Part shown: one piece after another, positions 41,201 through 49,040 of the stretch
Numbering within the stretch: the first letter of the stretch is position 1
How the letters are laid out: every line of letters starts with the position of its first letter
NCBI GenBank assembly: GCA_025363555.1
Contig: JANYDQ010000236.1
Coordinates: forward strand, 3,741 to 67,740
Direction of reading: 5' to 3'
Source: Bacteroidota bacterium
GTDB taxonomy: Bacteria; Bacteroidota; Bacteroidia; 2-12-FULL-35-15
Length of the DNA: 64,000 nt
Made by a program: the position numbers and the translations under genes
The notes under the pieces: generated by a model
Database searches by the model: none
Told to the model about the DNA's origin: nothing
What the model saw: only the letters and a program-made list of their open reading frames with translations

Positions 41201-41546
41201 GATTAGGATAAAAGTCGTAAAAATTATTGTGGATGATGGTAAACGTAACGGGATATTCGGAAAGAACGGCAGCAGGCAGCAGCAGAAATTCTTCGAAAAT
41301 AATAAACACTTTATCCAGCTTCATTTTTTTGAGTTTGGATAATGTGCTCCCTGCATTTGCATTTATTTTTTTCAGGTCGATAAGAGAAGAAGCATCGAGA
41401 CCATTCAAATTATCAAGGTGAGGAATACTGGTGGCTAAGTGTTTTAAAAAAGGAACGGAAAACCCTTTGTACACATATACCATTGGTTTTTTGCTTTTTG
41501 TTTTATTAAGCAGCAAAAGGTGTTCTTTGAGCAGATATTTATTCAT
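38271..41546 (-). CDS. RecQ-family SF2 helicase with long unassigned N- and C-terminal regions
   Basis: 1091 aa; motif I TAPTGAGKS, motif II IIDEAH, motif III ALTATA, motif VI QEIGRGAR; I see no RQC/HRDC-like sequence. Confidence 0.8.
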   Translation of the reverse strand: MNKYLLKEHLLLLNKTKSKKPMVYVYKGFSVPFLKHLATSIPHLDNLNGLDASSLIDLKKINANAGSTLSKLKKMKLDKVFIIFEEFLLLPAAVLSEYPVTFTIIHNNFYDFYPNQTSQQFPDIESSLNSEIEIEENETFIRFYADCREIAGCNCIQYLDHELDVSAARIETIPFFDADAVQLPDFKTDVSTAKNTIQFQASDSSYFDLKFGLFTHDVPKEANILVDESIDHLPNDLAELKMLYKILSESGCAISLYRQQKKYDDYCRPELTTMLKTHWGEKAEFKKLNIYKSPDTSKELVEHSQGAIVEHIIQQVEKAQQDLLFEDVFLTAPTGAGKSLLFQLPAIYLSENKKLNSVTIVISPLKALMYDQVNALKNDRHFDKVAFVNSDLSLVERQEIIDKTLNGEFSILYMSPELLLAYEIQMFIGSRELGLLIIDEAHLVTTWGRDFRIDYWFLGNYIRKLRSAGTLKGKTKNKFKTYRFPVVALTATAVYNGKDDMVFDTIRTLNMQNCRTYIGRIKREEINFVYTKLETGKHDIDKEVKTMARIKEFVNENKKSIVYFPWVSQIRHLITSLNPDIKQKVRRYYGDVNATERAETIKDFKSGKVKIVLATKAFGMGVDISDIEIIYHHAPSGSLADYVQEIGRGARIPGMKGMAMLDFNPKDLKYTKALFGLSSLKQYQVDLVLKKVNKLFLLLKKRNLLVSIEDFKWIFSRDSDPEQKVKSAMLLIEKDLSARYGYNVLMIKPKSMFSTVYGSVDDEGFDTLKEKYGAFVQEIKKTKYGRAGTKLKNGAIVMREEKENKKNVKITLDKLWENHFPEESFPDVRKKFFDKRLFTYAEPLKKLRVSFNAPVETTFTKLENGINFIGGVFAALGGKMFRQEDLKRQFQTRIKNEITCIKLCELLLGSFAEKDGFGGTGKPGMSTGNFLQAKSFGAMQSFRFDAIAFSKVKTQLLRTFQISFDAISEGSLEYIGFIPADMEKAKEKVKLIFLLEIFDLSLYEISGGESPQLMIRINDPVKVATLVKEKYINNVVTDIERRHHLSMDTMNYFFTSTLNNTERWDYIEDYFLGKDVSVANVEEELEVEEGE

Positions 41547-41621
41547 CAGGAAATCTTATTTTGAATTAGTTTACAAATGTAATTTGTTTTCTGACACAAA
41601 GCACCCCTCCCCCTCCCCTCC

Positions 41622-41830
41622 CGAAAGCAATGTCATTAAGTTAAGGATGTTAAAATTGTTCTGTATTCATTGCCGTTGGCATTAGCCAACGGATATTGTG
41701 AAAGGTTTTATTAAATGGCTTTAGCCAAACTATTTAATTTGGCTAAAGCCACTATATATGCTTAATTGTTAACCGTTGGCTAAAGTTAAGGGCAATGAAA
41801 TAAATCCTTAACTTAATGACATTCCTTTCG
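41622..41830. mobile_element. MITE-like element bounded by 26-nt inverted repeats
   Basis: CGAAAGCAATGTCATTAAGTTAAGGA (left) versus its reverse complement with one mismatch (right); internal hairpins CCGTTGGC-atta-GCCAACGG and TGGCTTTAGCCAAA-N7-TTTGGCTAAAGCCA. Confidence 0.45.
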
Positions 41831-41990
41831 CCCCTACATATATAACAAGCGCCAAAACAATTGTAATTACTTTCTTCCTCTTTCTATTTTTATTTCTCCC
41901 GCATATCTAAAATTAATTTTACTATCTAACCTTATCTTCATTAAAAAAAATAAAAACCACAGCTCCTGTTTGATTTGATTTATCAACTTT

Positions 41991-42116
41991 GGAATCGGAG
42001 ACCTCATTTCGGGAATCGGAGACCTCTTTTGGCGAATGTAAGAGCTTATCCTTGGAAAGAGCTCTTGCAAACAAGGAATGTAAGAGCTTATTCGGGGAAA
42101 GAGCTCTTGCATGTAC
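41991..42116. repeat. six 21-nt phases: 2 x 21-nt unit plus 2 x 42-nt unit
   Basis: GGAATCGGAGACCTCNTTTNG x2, then (C/G)GAATGTAAGAGCTTAT...GGAAAGAGCTCTTGCA x2. Every phase begins GGAAT/GGAAA/CGAAT. The 42-mers contain an AAGAGCT/AGCTCTT hairpin. Confidence 0.6.
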
Positions 42117-42245
42117 TAAATGTGAAATAAAATACTTAAATAATTCAAGTTGCTAGTCTCATTTTCCACTTCATTTAGGGCTACAGTCCCGTAGGGACGA
42201 AATAACGGAAACCATTGTATTTATTACTATATATCGTCCCTACGG

Positions 42246-42266
42246 GCAATGTCATTAAGTTAAGGA
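42246..42266 (+). repeat. second direct copy of the 21-mer GCAATGTCATTAAGTTAAGGA
   Basis: Identical to 41627-41647; preceded by GTCCCGTAGGGAC / CGTCCCTACGGG hairpin words. Confidence 0.6.
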
Positions 42267-42425
42267 TTTTGTTTTAAAATCCTGTAGGGATTGAATGTGA
42301 ATAGCCCCCAATGAAATTGGTGGTTGGAAGAACACCCATCTTTTACAACTCTGAAAGAGTTGAACTTGGTATATTCAACTCCTGTCGGAGTAACCGTCAG
42401 GAAGCGTAACCCTCTCCTTTCGGGA

Positions 42426-42446
42426 GCAATGTCATTAAGTTAAGGA
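42426..42446 (+). repeat. third direct copy of the 21-mer GCAATGTCATTAAGTTAAGGA
   Basis: Identical 21-mer; preceded by the CTCCTTTCGGGAG hairpin; abuts the truncated end of the transposase remnant. Confidence 0.6.
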
Positions 42447-42885
42447 ATACTGATTTTTTGTGTTCAAAAACAAGTTCTTGTTTTTCAAGAATCTGAACTG
42501 CAAAACTTTTAATTAAAAATGAAGTAGTTTCGTTATTGCGTGACGATACACTACTTTTTGATTTGTTAATAAGGCTTTGTGTTTTGTCATTATCTACGTG
42601 ATTAATTTTACTTAGTTGTTCGGGTTTTAATTTGGCTACGTGCTTTACTGATGGATATTTTTTCCAACACTTCTAAAACCCAAACACGGACACCACTTTT
42701 GCAATAGCGCATTAGTTCGTGGAAATGCACTGTACAACTCAGCTTTTAATTAATTGACTAATTGTGTTTGTTGTTTCTTTTGAAGATTGATGTGCTTATG
42801 CAAACTGCGATATACTTGGGCGGGCAACCATCTGCCTCTTCTCAAAATATCTCCCTGCCTTCACGTATCTTTTTAGCTTTATTTT
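42447..42885 (-). pseudogene. IS110-family transposase remnant (central part only, multiple frame breaks)
   Basis: Minus-strand fragments ...LHKHINLQKKQQTQLVN*LKAELYSAFP / ELMRYCKSGVRVWVLEVLEK / YPSVKHVAKLKPEQLSKINHVDNDKTQSLINKSKSSV...FLIKSFAVQILEKQELV resemble the inter-domain region of IS110 transposases. No intact ORF. Confidence 0.45.
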
Positions 42886-42907
42886 TTTCCTTAATAATGA
42901 TTGAGAT

Positions 42908-44602
42908 TTACGTTTTTACTACTTTAATTGTTTTGACGCCTGCTTTTCCGATTAACTGTATGAGATAAAGACCTTTTGGGAAGTCGTTTTTGTTGGTGGT
43001 GATAGTGATGGTGTGTGTTCCGATGGTGTTGACAGTGGTGGTGGAAAGGATTGCGGGTACTGGTTGTCCCATGCTATTGAGGATATTGATGGTGAATTTT
43101 TCGTTTGTCTGTAAGTTGATGGTGAGTGTGAGGTTGTCTGTAAAAGGGTTTGGAAAGGTGGTAATGGAGGAGTTGAAAAAGTTTTGGGTGATGCCTACAT
43201 TTGGAGTTCCATCGGAAAAAAGGTGATGTGCATAGATGTCGGAAATATTAGACGGGTAGCGGTAATCCTGCCAGGCATAGATGGCACCGCCATTTCCGTC
43301 AGAAACGCTTTTGGGACTGGTTTGATGTCCGGTGGCTGTGGATATATCTACACCATTAACAGCCCAAAGCGGGATACCATTAGTATTAATGTGTTGAGAT
43401 TTTATATTCCAGTCAACAAAGCTGGAATCTTGCCAGGTAATGATAGCACCACCTGCAAGGTCGTCTCCAAGGTTAGGATTGAGTTGGTCGTTAATGGAAT
43501 TGCAGATGGGGATGCCATTTGTGGTCCATTGTGGTACACCCGAAGGGTCTAACTTTTGGGCATATATATCGGAGTTTACTGAACGAAGGTCTTTCCATGC
43601 TACAATAACACCATTTATTAACCCGGTACTCATAATATCTTGTGCGCTTTGGGTGCCGGAGGCGGTGCAAACGGGAACACCGTTGTTAGCCCATAAAATA
43701 GTGCCGGTTGAATCTATACGTTGGGCATAGAGGTCGAAATCAATACCGTTGCGAAAGTCTGCCCACACAAGGTAAATACCTCCTGAAGCGGAGTCTTTGT
43801 CTATTTTAGGGCTATCCTGGTTTCCGGGCGCGTTACAAATTTCAATACCATTGCTACCCCATAAAAGTGCACCGGAAGGACTTATTCGCTGGGCATAAAT
43901 ATTATAATCGGTACCGTTGCGAAAATCCTGCCAGGCGAGATATGCACCACCTTTGCCATCTTTTTTTATTTTTGGATTTATTCGATTTGCGTTAAGGGTG
44001 CATATTGGAATGCCTCCGTTTGCCCACATAGTAACCCCAGCATGATTGATGCGTTGCGCCCATGCGTCCCATTGCCCGGTTGCGCTTTGCTGTTCCCAAA
44101 CCAGGATAGCACCACCCACTCCATCTGTTATTATTTTTTCGTCATGCTCTCTTTCCGGTTTATTGGTAACCACTACACCATCCACTGTCCATTGAACGAC
44201 ACCTGAAGAATCAATACGTTGTGCATATATATCGCGTTCGATGCCGCTTCGCCAATCGGAAAAGGCTACAATAGCCCCACCTGCCATATCTCCTACAATG
44301 GAAGGAGTGCTTTGATCGGCAGGGTTGGTGCATATTGAAACTCCGGCAGTATCCCATAAACGGTTTCCGGTAGCATCTAAGTATTGAATGTAAATATCGG
44401 GCAAGCCTGCTCTGTAATCTCTCCAGGTAACAAAGCTGCCACCTTTACCATCTGAACTCATTCGAAAAGCTATTTGATTTCCGCTGTTTCTGATAACAGG
44501 GGTGTTTATGGAGGTGTTGTAATTCCATTGCGCAAGGGTTATTTGGGCAGAGAAAAGTGTTACTATTAATAAAATGAAAACGGGAGTAGAGTTTTTGTTC
44601 AT
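42908..44602 (-). CDS. T9SS type-A cargo, ~57-aa repeat (propeller-like) protein
   Basis: 564 aa; signal peptide; about nine repeats with DIYAQRI...G...W..NG(V/I)..C; C-terminal TTFPNPFTDNLTLT...GLYLIQL...IKVVKT sorting domain. Confidence 0.8.
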   Translation of the reverse strand: MNKNSTPVFILLIVTLFSAQITLAQWNYNTSINTPVIRNSGNQIAFRMSSDGKGGSFVTWRDYRAGLPDIYIQYLDATGNRLWDTAGVSICTNPADQSTPSIVGDMAGGAIVAFSDWRSGIERDIYAQRIDSSGVVQWTVDGVVVTNKPEREHDEKIITDGVGGAILVWEQQSATGQWDAWAQRINHAGVTMWANGGIPICTLNANRINPKIKKDGKGGAYLAWQDFRNGTDYNIYAQRISPSGALLWGSNGIEICNAPGNQDSPKIDKDSASGGIYLVWADFRNGIDFDLYAQRIDSTGTILWANNGVPVCTASGTQSAQDIMSTGLINGVIVAWKDLRSVNSDIYAQKLDPSGVPQWTTNGIPICNSINDQLNPNLGDDLAGGAIITWQDSSFVDWNIKSQHINTNGIPLWAVNGVDISTATGHQTSPKSVSDGNGGAIYAWQDYRYPSNISDIYAHHLFSDGTPNVGITQNFFNSSITTFPNPFTDNLTLTINLQTNEKFTINILNSMGQPVPAILSTTTVNTIGTHTITITTNKNDFPKGLYLIQLIGKAGVKTIKVVKT

Positions 44603-44684
44603 GATTATGAATGTTAAGGTTAGGTTAAGAATGTAAACTTAGTGTAAATGTAAATGTTTTTTTAATGAGGAAACAAAATACTTA

Positions 44685-45239
44685 TTAATTTTTTATTCTT
44701 CCTCCTTTATAAAAATACTTTTTATAATAGGGTTCGTCCAAATCGTCAATCATTACGCCTTTTTTGGTGCTTGCATGAACAAATTTATTGTTTTGCAAAT
44801 AGACTCCAATGTGTGTAACATTATCGTTATCTATTTTAAAAAACACTAAATCGCCTTCGTCTAAATTATTTTTTGAAACAGGTTTGCATTGATAAAAAAT
44901 ACTGGCGGCAGTTCCGTTTAAGGGTTTGTTATAAACATTATTATATAACTCGGATGTGAATGCAGAACAGTCAATTCCTTTTTTTGTTTTACCACCATAT
45001 TTATATTTAACGCCATACCAATCGTTGATAAATGTGTAAAGTTTTATATTGTCAATTTTATTTTCTTTTACATTTAAGAGTTCCGCATATTTTGTTTTTA
45101 TTTTTGTTGAAGATGAATTGTTTTCTTTTTCGGAGAAAGAAGAGACTTTTTTAGTGCTGCCACAGGAAGAAATAAAAATAGCTAACGAAATAAGGAGAAT
45201 GAAATAAGAAAAATAAAATTTATTTTTATGAAGATTCAT
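44685..45239 (-). CDS. NlpC/P60 (C40) peptidoglycan endopeptidase lipoprotein
   Basis: 184 aa; lipobox FISSC; catalytic GIDCSAFT and THIGVY. Confidence 0.85.
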   Translation of the reverse strand: MNLHKNKFYFSYFILLISLAIFISSCGSTKKVSSFSEKENNSSSTKIKTKYAELLNVKENKIDNIKLYTFINDWYGVKYKYGGKTKKGIDCSAFTSELYNNVYNKPLNGTAASIFYQCKPVSKNNLDEGDLVFFKIDNDNVTHIGVYLQNNKFVHASTKKGVMIDDLDEPYYKKYFYKGGRIKN

Positions 45240-45248
45240 TTTGTCTGT

Positions 45249-45296
45249 TAGACCTCACCCCTAGTCCCTCCCCTTGAAAAAAAGGGAGGGGAGCCG
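45249..45296. repeat. GC-rich hairpin plus ACCTCACCC REP-like element (inverted orientation)
   Basis: GACCTCACCCCTAGTCCCTCCCCTTGAAAAAAAGGGAGGGGAGCC; reverse complement matches the 56770 copy. Confidence 0.5.
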
Positions 45297-45443
45297 TTAT
45301 ATGAAGTACTATATTTTTTTATGGTGCTTTGTTTTGAAAGAGAATAAAAAATCGTTTCATCAAAATTACAATACAAAAAGGGTTTTCAGGAAGAAGAAAA
45401 GAAAAGGTTATTAAAGATGGGGTGTTAATATGTATGCAGGAAA

Positions 45444-46823
45444 CTATTTTTGGTCAGCGTTTTTAATTTGATTGTTGCTGTCCAGATTTATTTGGAGATG
45501 GTAGGTAGCGGATATTGATTTTCCGTTGCTGTTTGCAGGAATCCAAATTGGCAAACTATTTACAACCCGCAGTGCTTCGTTATTTAGTTCGGTATTTATC
45601 CCTTTATTGATTTTCGGGTTTTTCACCTTGCCTGTTTTGTCTACTGTAAATTCAAGAGTTATTTTGTTTTGGTCGGTTGATTTAAAACTGTAATAACCGG
45701 AAGGATAATTGAAATGGTTTTTAATAAACCTGTTTAATGAATCTTTGCCACCGGGAAATTGAGGTTGTGGTTCAGCAGCTACTGAAAGAGAATCGGGCAT
45801 TAAAACAGAAGCGGAAGAAATGGTGAAAGGAGAAGAAGGGGGTTGCTCATATCCGCCTGTTGCTGCCTGCGGAGCAGCAGTTGCGGTTTGGGAAGCTGCC
45901 ATTTGTTTTTCTTCCCTTTTATTTGATTTGTCTTTTTTGCCTTGGGTTTGGTAACGGGCATTTCGACTTGTTTCTTGATTGGCTTCGCGTTTTTTGGCAT
46001 CTGCCATTGTTACTCTATTTTCCTTATCGTTTTGACGCGGAGGGGCAGCAGGTAACGAAGGTGAAGTATAGTTGTTAGCATTTTTACTTGCGTTTTGCGA
46101 ATTTTCTTCACTGGGAGCACTATTTTTATCGGTTTCGAGCAAGACAGTTTCGTCATTGGTAGAATGAAGAGGAATGTTTTCCGCGTTTTTTTCGTCTTTC
46201 GATTTTGTTATCATTTCCTGTTTTAAATTATCGCCTGCATTTTTTTCTGCTTCTGCAAGTGAAGTTTTAAAATCAGGTTTTGGTTTTTCTTCTTTGGTAA
46301 GGGTAAGTTGATTTTGTTGTTTTGTTTTGCCGGGTTTTAATTTGCTTATTTCATCTTTCCCTGTTGTAGTGGTAATTTCTTCAGAATCGGTTATTGTTTT
46401 TTCGGGAGCAGGAGAAACTACCGGAGGGAGTTGCTTAAACTCTGCAATATCATTTTGTTTTATTTCTTTATCTATAAAATTGTTGAAGAAAAACACACCT
46501 CCTACAAGCAACAACAAACCTGCGGCAATACCTGAAATCATCCGGTAATTTATAAAAATGACTTTAACTTCTTTTTTAATTACAGGGGCAATCCGTTCAT
46601 TTATTTTTTGATTAATGAAGTCTATTCTTTTTCTGTCTTTTAACATTTCCAAACCTTCCATAGCATCGCTGCACATTTCGCAACTGAGCAAATTTTTTTC
46701 AACAAGGTGGCGTTCTTTGGGAGTAAGTTTGTTATCAATATAATCAAACATTATCCCTTCGGAAAGACAATCTGTAGGTGAAAACATTTTATGGTTTAAT
46801 TCCTTGCTCATGTATTTTTGCAT
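45444..46823 (-). CDS. anti-sigma factor (zf-HC2) with Lys/Pro/Gln-rich linker and TonB-C-like domain
   Basis: 459 aa; HLVEKNLLSCEMCSDAMEG; one TM; C-terminal PQFPGGKDSLNRFIKNHFNYP...GKVKNPKI; ATG overlaps the sigma stop (TAATG). Confidence 0.75.
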   Translation of the reverse strand: MQKYMSKELNHKMFSPTDCLSEGIMFDYIDNKLTPKERHLVEKNLLSCEMCSDAMEGLEMLKDRKRIDFINQKINERIAPVIKKEVKVIFINYRMISGIAAGLLLLVGGVFFFNNFIDKEIKQNDIAEFKQLPPVVSPAPEKTITDSEEITTTTGKDEISKLKPGKTKQQNQLTLTKEEKPKPDFKTSLAEAEKNAGDNLKQEMITKSKDEKNAENIPLHSTNDETVLLETDKNSAPSEENSQNASKNANNYTSPSLPAAPPRQNDKENRVTMADAKKREANQETSRNARYQTQGKKDKSNKREEKQMAASQTATAAPQAATGGYEQPPSSPFTISSASVLMPDSLSVAAEPQPQFPGGKDSLNRFIKNHFNYPSGYYSFKSTDQNKITLEFTVDKTGKVKNPKINKGINTELNNEALRVVNSLPIWIPANSNGKSISATYHLQINLDSNNQIKNADQK

Positions 46824-47396
46824 TATACCATTTTTGATTCCATACAGTTTTTTAAATTTCTTTTTCCGTTTTGTATATGGCTTTTAACATTATATCATTG
46901 TCAGGCTTGTTTCCTCTGTTACTTCCTGGTAGCTTTTTTCTTTCAGGAAGAAAAATTCAAGGCATACACGCTGGTCTTTATTTAAACCTTCCATACATTC
47001 TTCCATGTAGGCAAGGTGAGTTTCATTATCTTCTTCTGTTAATAGATGCAGTTTTATGTCCAATTCCATAATTTCTTCTAAATTATTTTCTATTTTGTTG
47101 TCTATTTTATATTTTGAAGAAGCGGAACGCAAGTGCATTAAACAAAAAGATTTGCAGAAAGAATAGAGCCAGGTTTTAAAATTCAGTATTTCGTATTTAG
47201 GAATATCCACCAGTAGTTTTTCAAATATGAGTATGCTTGAATCCTGCGCATCTTCTTCATTTTTCAAATATTTGATACAAAGTCCTAATATGAGGTGAGT
47301 ATATCTCTGAAAGAGAATACCAACGATAGTATTGTTATTGGTTTGCTTATATAATTTCACCAATTCTAAATCATCCAATGTGTTTATTTCTTTCAT
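46823..47396 (-). pseudogene. ECF-type sigma factor, region 4.2 displaced by a 1-nt insertion (or assembly error)
   Basis: The listed ORF stops at ...EETSLTMI*. The next frame continues YNVKSHIQNGKRNLKNCMESKMV*, a typical region 4.2, ending in TAATG coupling with the anti-sigma gene. Probable start is MKEINTLDD at 47396. Confidence 0.65.
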
Positions 47397-47585
47397 TTTT
47401 GTTTCGCGACAGCAAAAGTAGATAATTTTTATTGTTTGTAGGGTGTACATAAAGCTGCGGTAGAATTAAATAAACTAATTGAACGGGGCATTTGTTACCT
47501 TTAATTTTGATATAAAGCGGTAAATATTTTCTATATTTGCAAACTTAGGCTATCGGTATTAAAATTACCGCAGGCAATTTGGTTA

Positions 47586-48107
47586 ATGAAGAAACTTTTA
47601 TTCATATTATTACCTTTCCTTTTTCTTTGCTCTTGGGTGGTTCTTCCCGACCAGTCGGAGGAAACTGTTGCCAGAACTAAAGTATTTTATCTTTATAATT
47701 TTACCAAGTTAATAGATTGGCCAAGTGATAGCAAACAAGGCAATTTTGTAGTTGGTATACTTGGAACTAATATTACTTTAATAAACGAGTTGAACAAAAT
47801 GGCGACAAAAAAAATGGTAGAAGCGCAGAAAATTGAAATCAAAAACATTTCGTCCTCCGCTGATGCCGCACAATGCCAAATTGTTTATATCCTTCCCGAA
47901 AATTCCGCTCAACTGGGCGAGGTGGTAAACAAAGTAAAAAGCAGCAGTACTTTAATAATAACAGAAAAGCAAGGATTGGTCAAACAGGGTGCAGGGATAA
48001 ACTTTGTGGTTATAGAGAACAAATTACAATACGAATTGAATAAACAAAATATTGAAAACCATAAATTGAAGGTAGGTTCACTGCTGGAAACAATGGCGGT
48101 TCATTAA
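47586..48107 (+). CDS. YfiR/DUF4154 family periplasmic protein
   Basis: 173 aa; signal peptide; VFYLYNFTKLIDWP...FVVGILG...GINFVVIENKLQYELN pattern. Confidence 0.75.
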   Translation: MKKLLFILLPFLFLCSWVVLPDQSEETVARTKVFYLYNFTKLIDWPSDSKQGNFVVGILGTNITLINELNKMATKKMVEAQKIEIKNISSSADAAQCQIVYILPENSAQLGEVVNKVKSSSTLIITEKQGLVKQGAGINFVVIENKLQYELNKQNIENHKLKVGSLLETMAVH

Positions 48108-48129
48108 AAAATAGTTGAAAGAAAACAGA

Positions 48130-49017
48130 ATGTTACAATATAAGAAAACAATAATCCTGGTTATATTGCTGTTACAAGCAGTACTTTCTGTTGCCCAACA
48201 GGACAAGATTATTGTTGCTTATAACTTCCTTCAGCAAGGTAACCTGGACAGCGCGAAAATTATTATAGATAAGGCTGTTGTAGATTCAGAGTCTGTTAAT
48301 GATGGGGAAGCATGGTACTTAAGAGGATTTATTTATAAATCCATTTATATTAAAAGCGAAAAGGGAAACAGGCAGTCTCCTTGCAGATTAGAGGCATTAA
48401 ATTCTTTTAAAAGGTCTTTTTTAATAGATACTTCAAGGGAAAACATTCAAAAAAATACTCAAAATATTAAGTACCTGTCTTCCACACTTTATAATGATGT
48501 AGCAACAAGTTTAGATTCTATTAATTACAAAATCGCCATAGATAATTTTGATAAATTCAGATTATTCTATATGTTAATTGATACCTCTCAAACAAGCTTC
48601 AGGAAAAGAGACATTGAATTTTTGAAAGCATTAGCTTCTGTTTATACTCAAATTTATGAAACAGACAGAAAAGGGAAAACTGAATTTTTAAATCTTGCAA
48701 AAACCACCTATTTAAAGGTGCTCCAAATAGATAAAAATAATTATACGGCAAATTACAATATGGGTATTTTATACTATAATCAAGCAGTAAATCTCATTAA
48801 TCAATCAGATTACGATATAGATATTGTAGCCTTAAATGATATACAGGATAATTCAATTAAATTATTTAAGGAAGCTCTGCCATTTATGGAAAAAGCGAAT
48901 GAAATTGAACCAAAAAGAAGAGAAACTTTATTAGGTATGTCAGGAATTTACTTTAGTTTGAATGAAAAAGAAAAATCCGATCTTTACAAACAAAAATTAC
49001 AGGAAATTGGAAATTAA
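48130..49017 (+). CDS. TPR-like repeat protein, secreted
   Basis: ATG at 48130 gives signal peptide MLQYKKTIILVILLLQAVLSVAQQ; helical repeat content (NYTANYNMGILYYNQA). Confidence 0.6.
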   Translation: MLQYKKTIILVILLLQAVLSVAQQDKIIVAYNFLQQGNLDSAKIIIDKAVVDSESVNDGEAWYLRGFIYKSIYIKSEKGNRQSPCRLEALNSFKRSFLIDTSRENIQKNTQNIKYLSSTLYNDVATSLDSINYKIAIDNFDKFRLFYMLIDTSQTSFRKRDIEFLKALASVYTQIYETDRKGKTEFLNLAKTTYLKVLQIDKNNYTANYNMGILYYNQAVNLINQSDYDIDIVALNDIQDNSIKLFKEALPFMEKANEIEPKRRETLLGMSGIYFSLNEKEKSDLYKQKLQEIGN

Positions 49018-49040
49018 ATTTTCAATGAACAGATAGATTT

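Noticed and set aside
41867-42112. 81-aa ORF with duplicated QELFPRISSYI and RSPIP segments
   Set aside because: It is generated by the 21/42-nt tandem repeats, has no start context and lies in a repeat junkyard.
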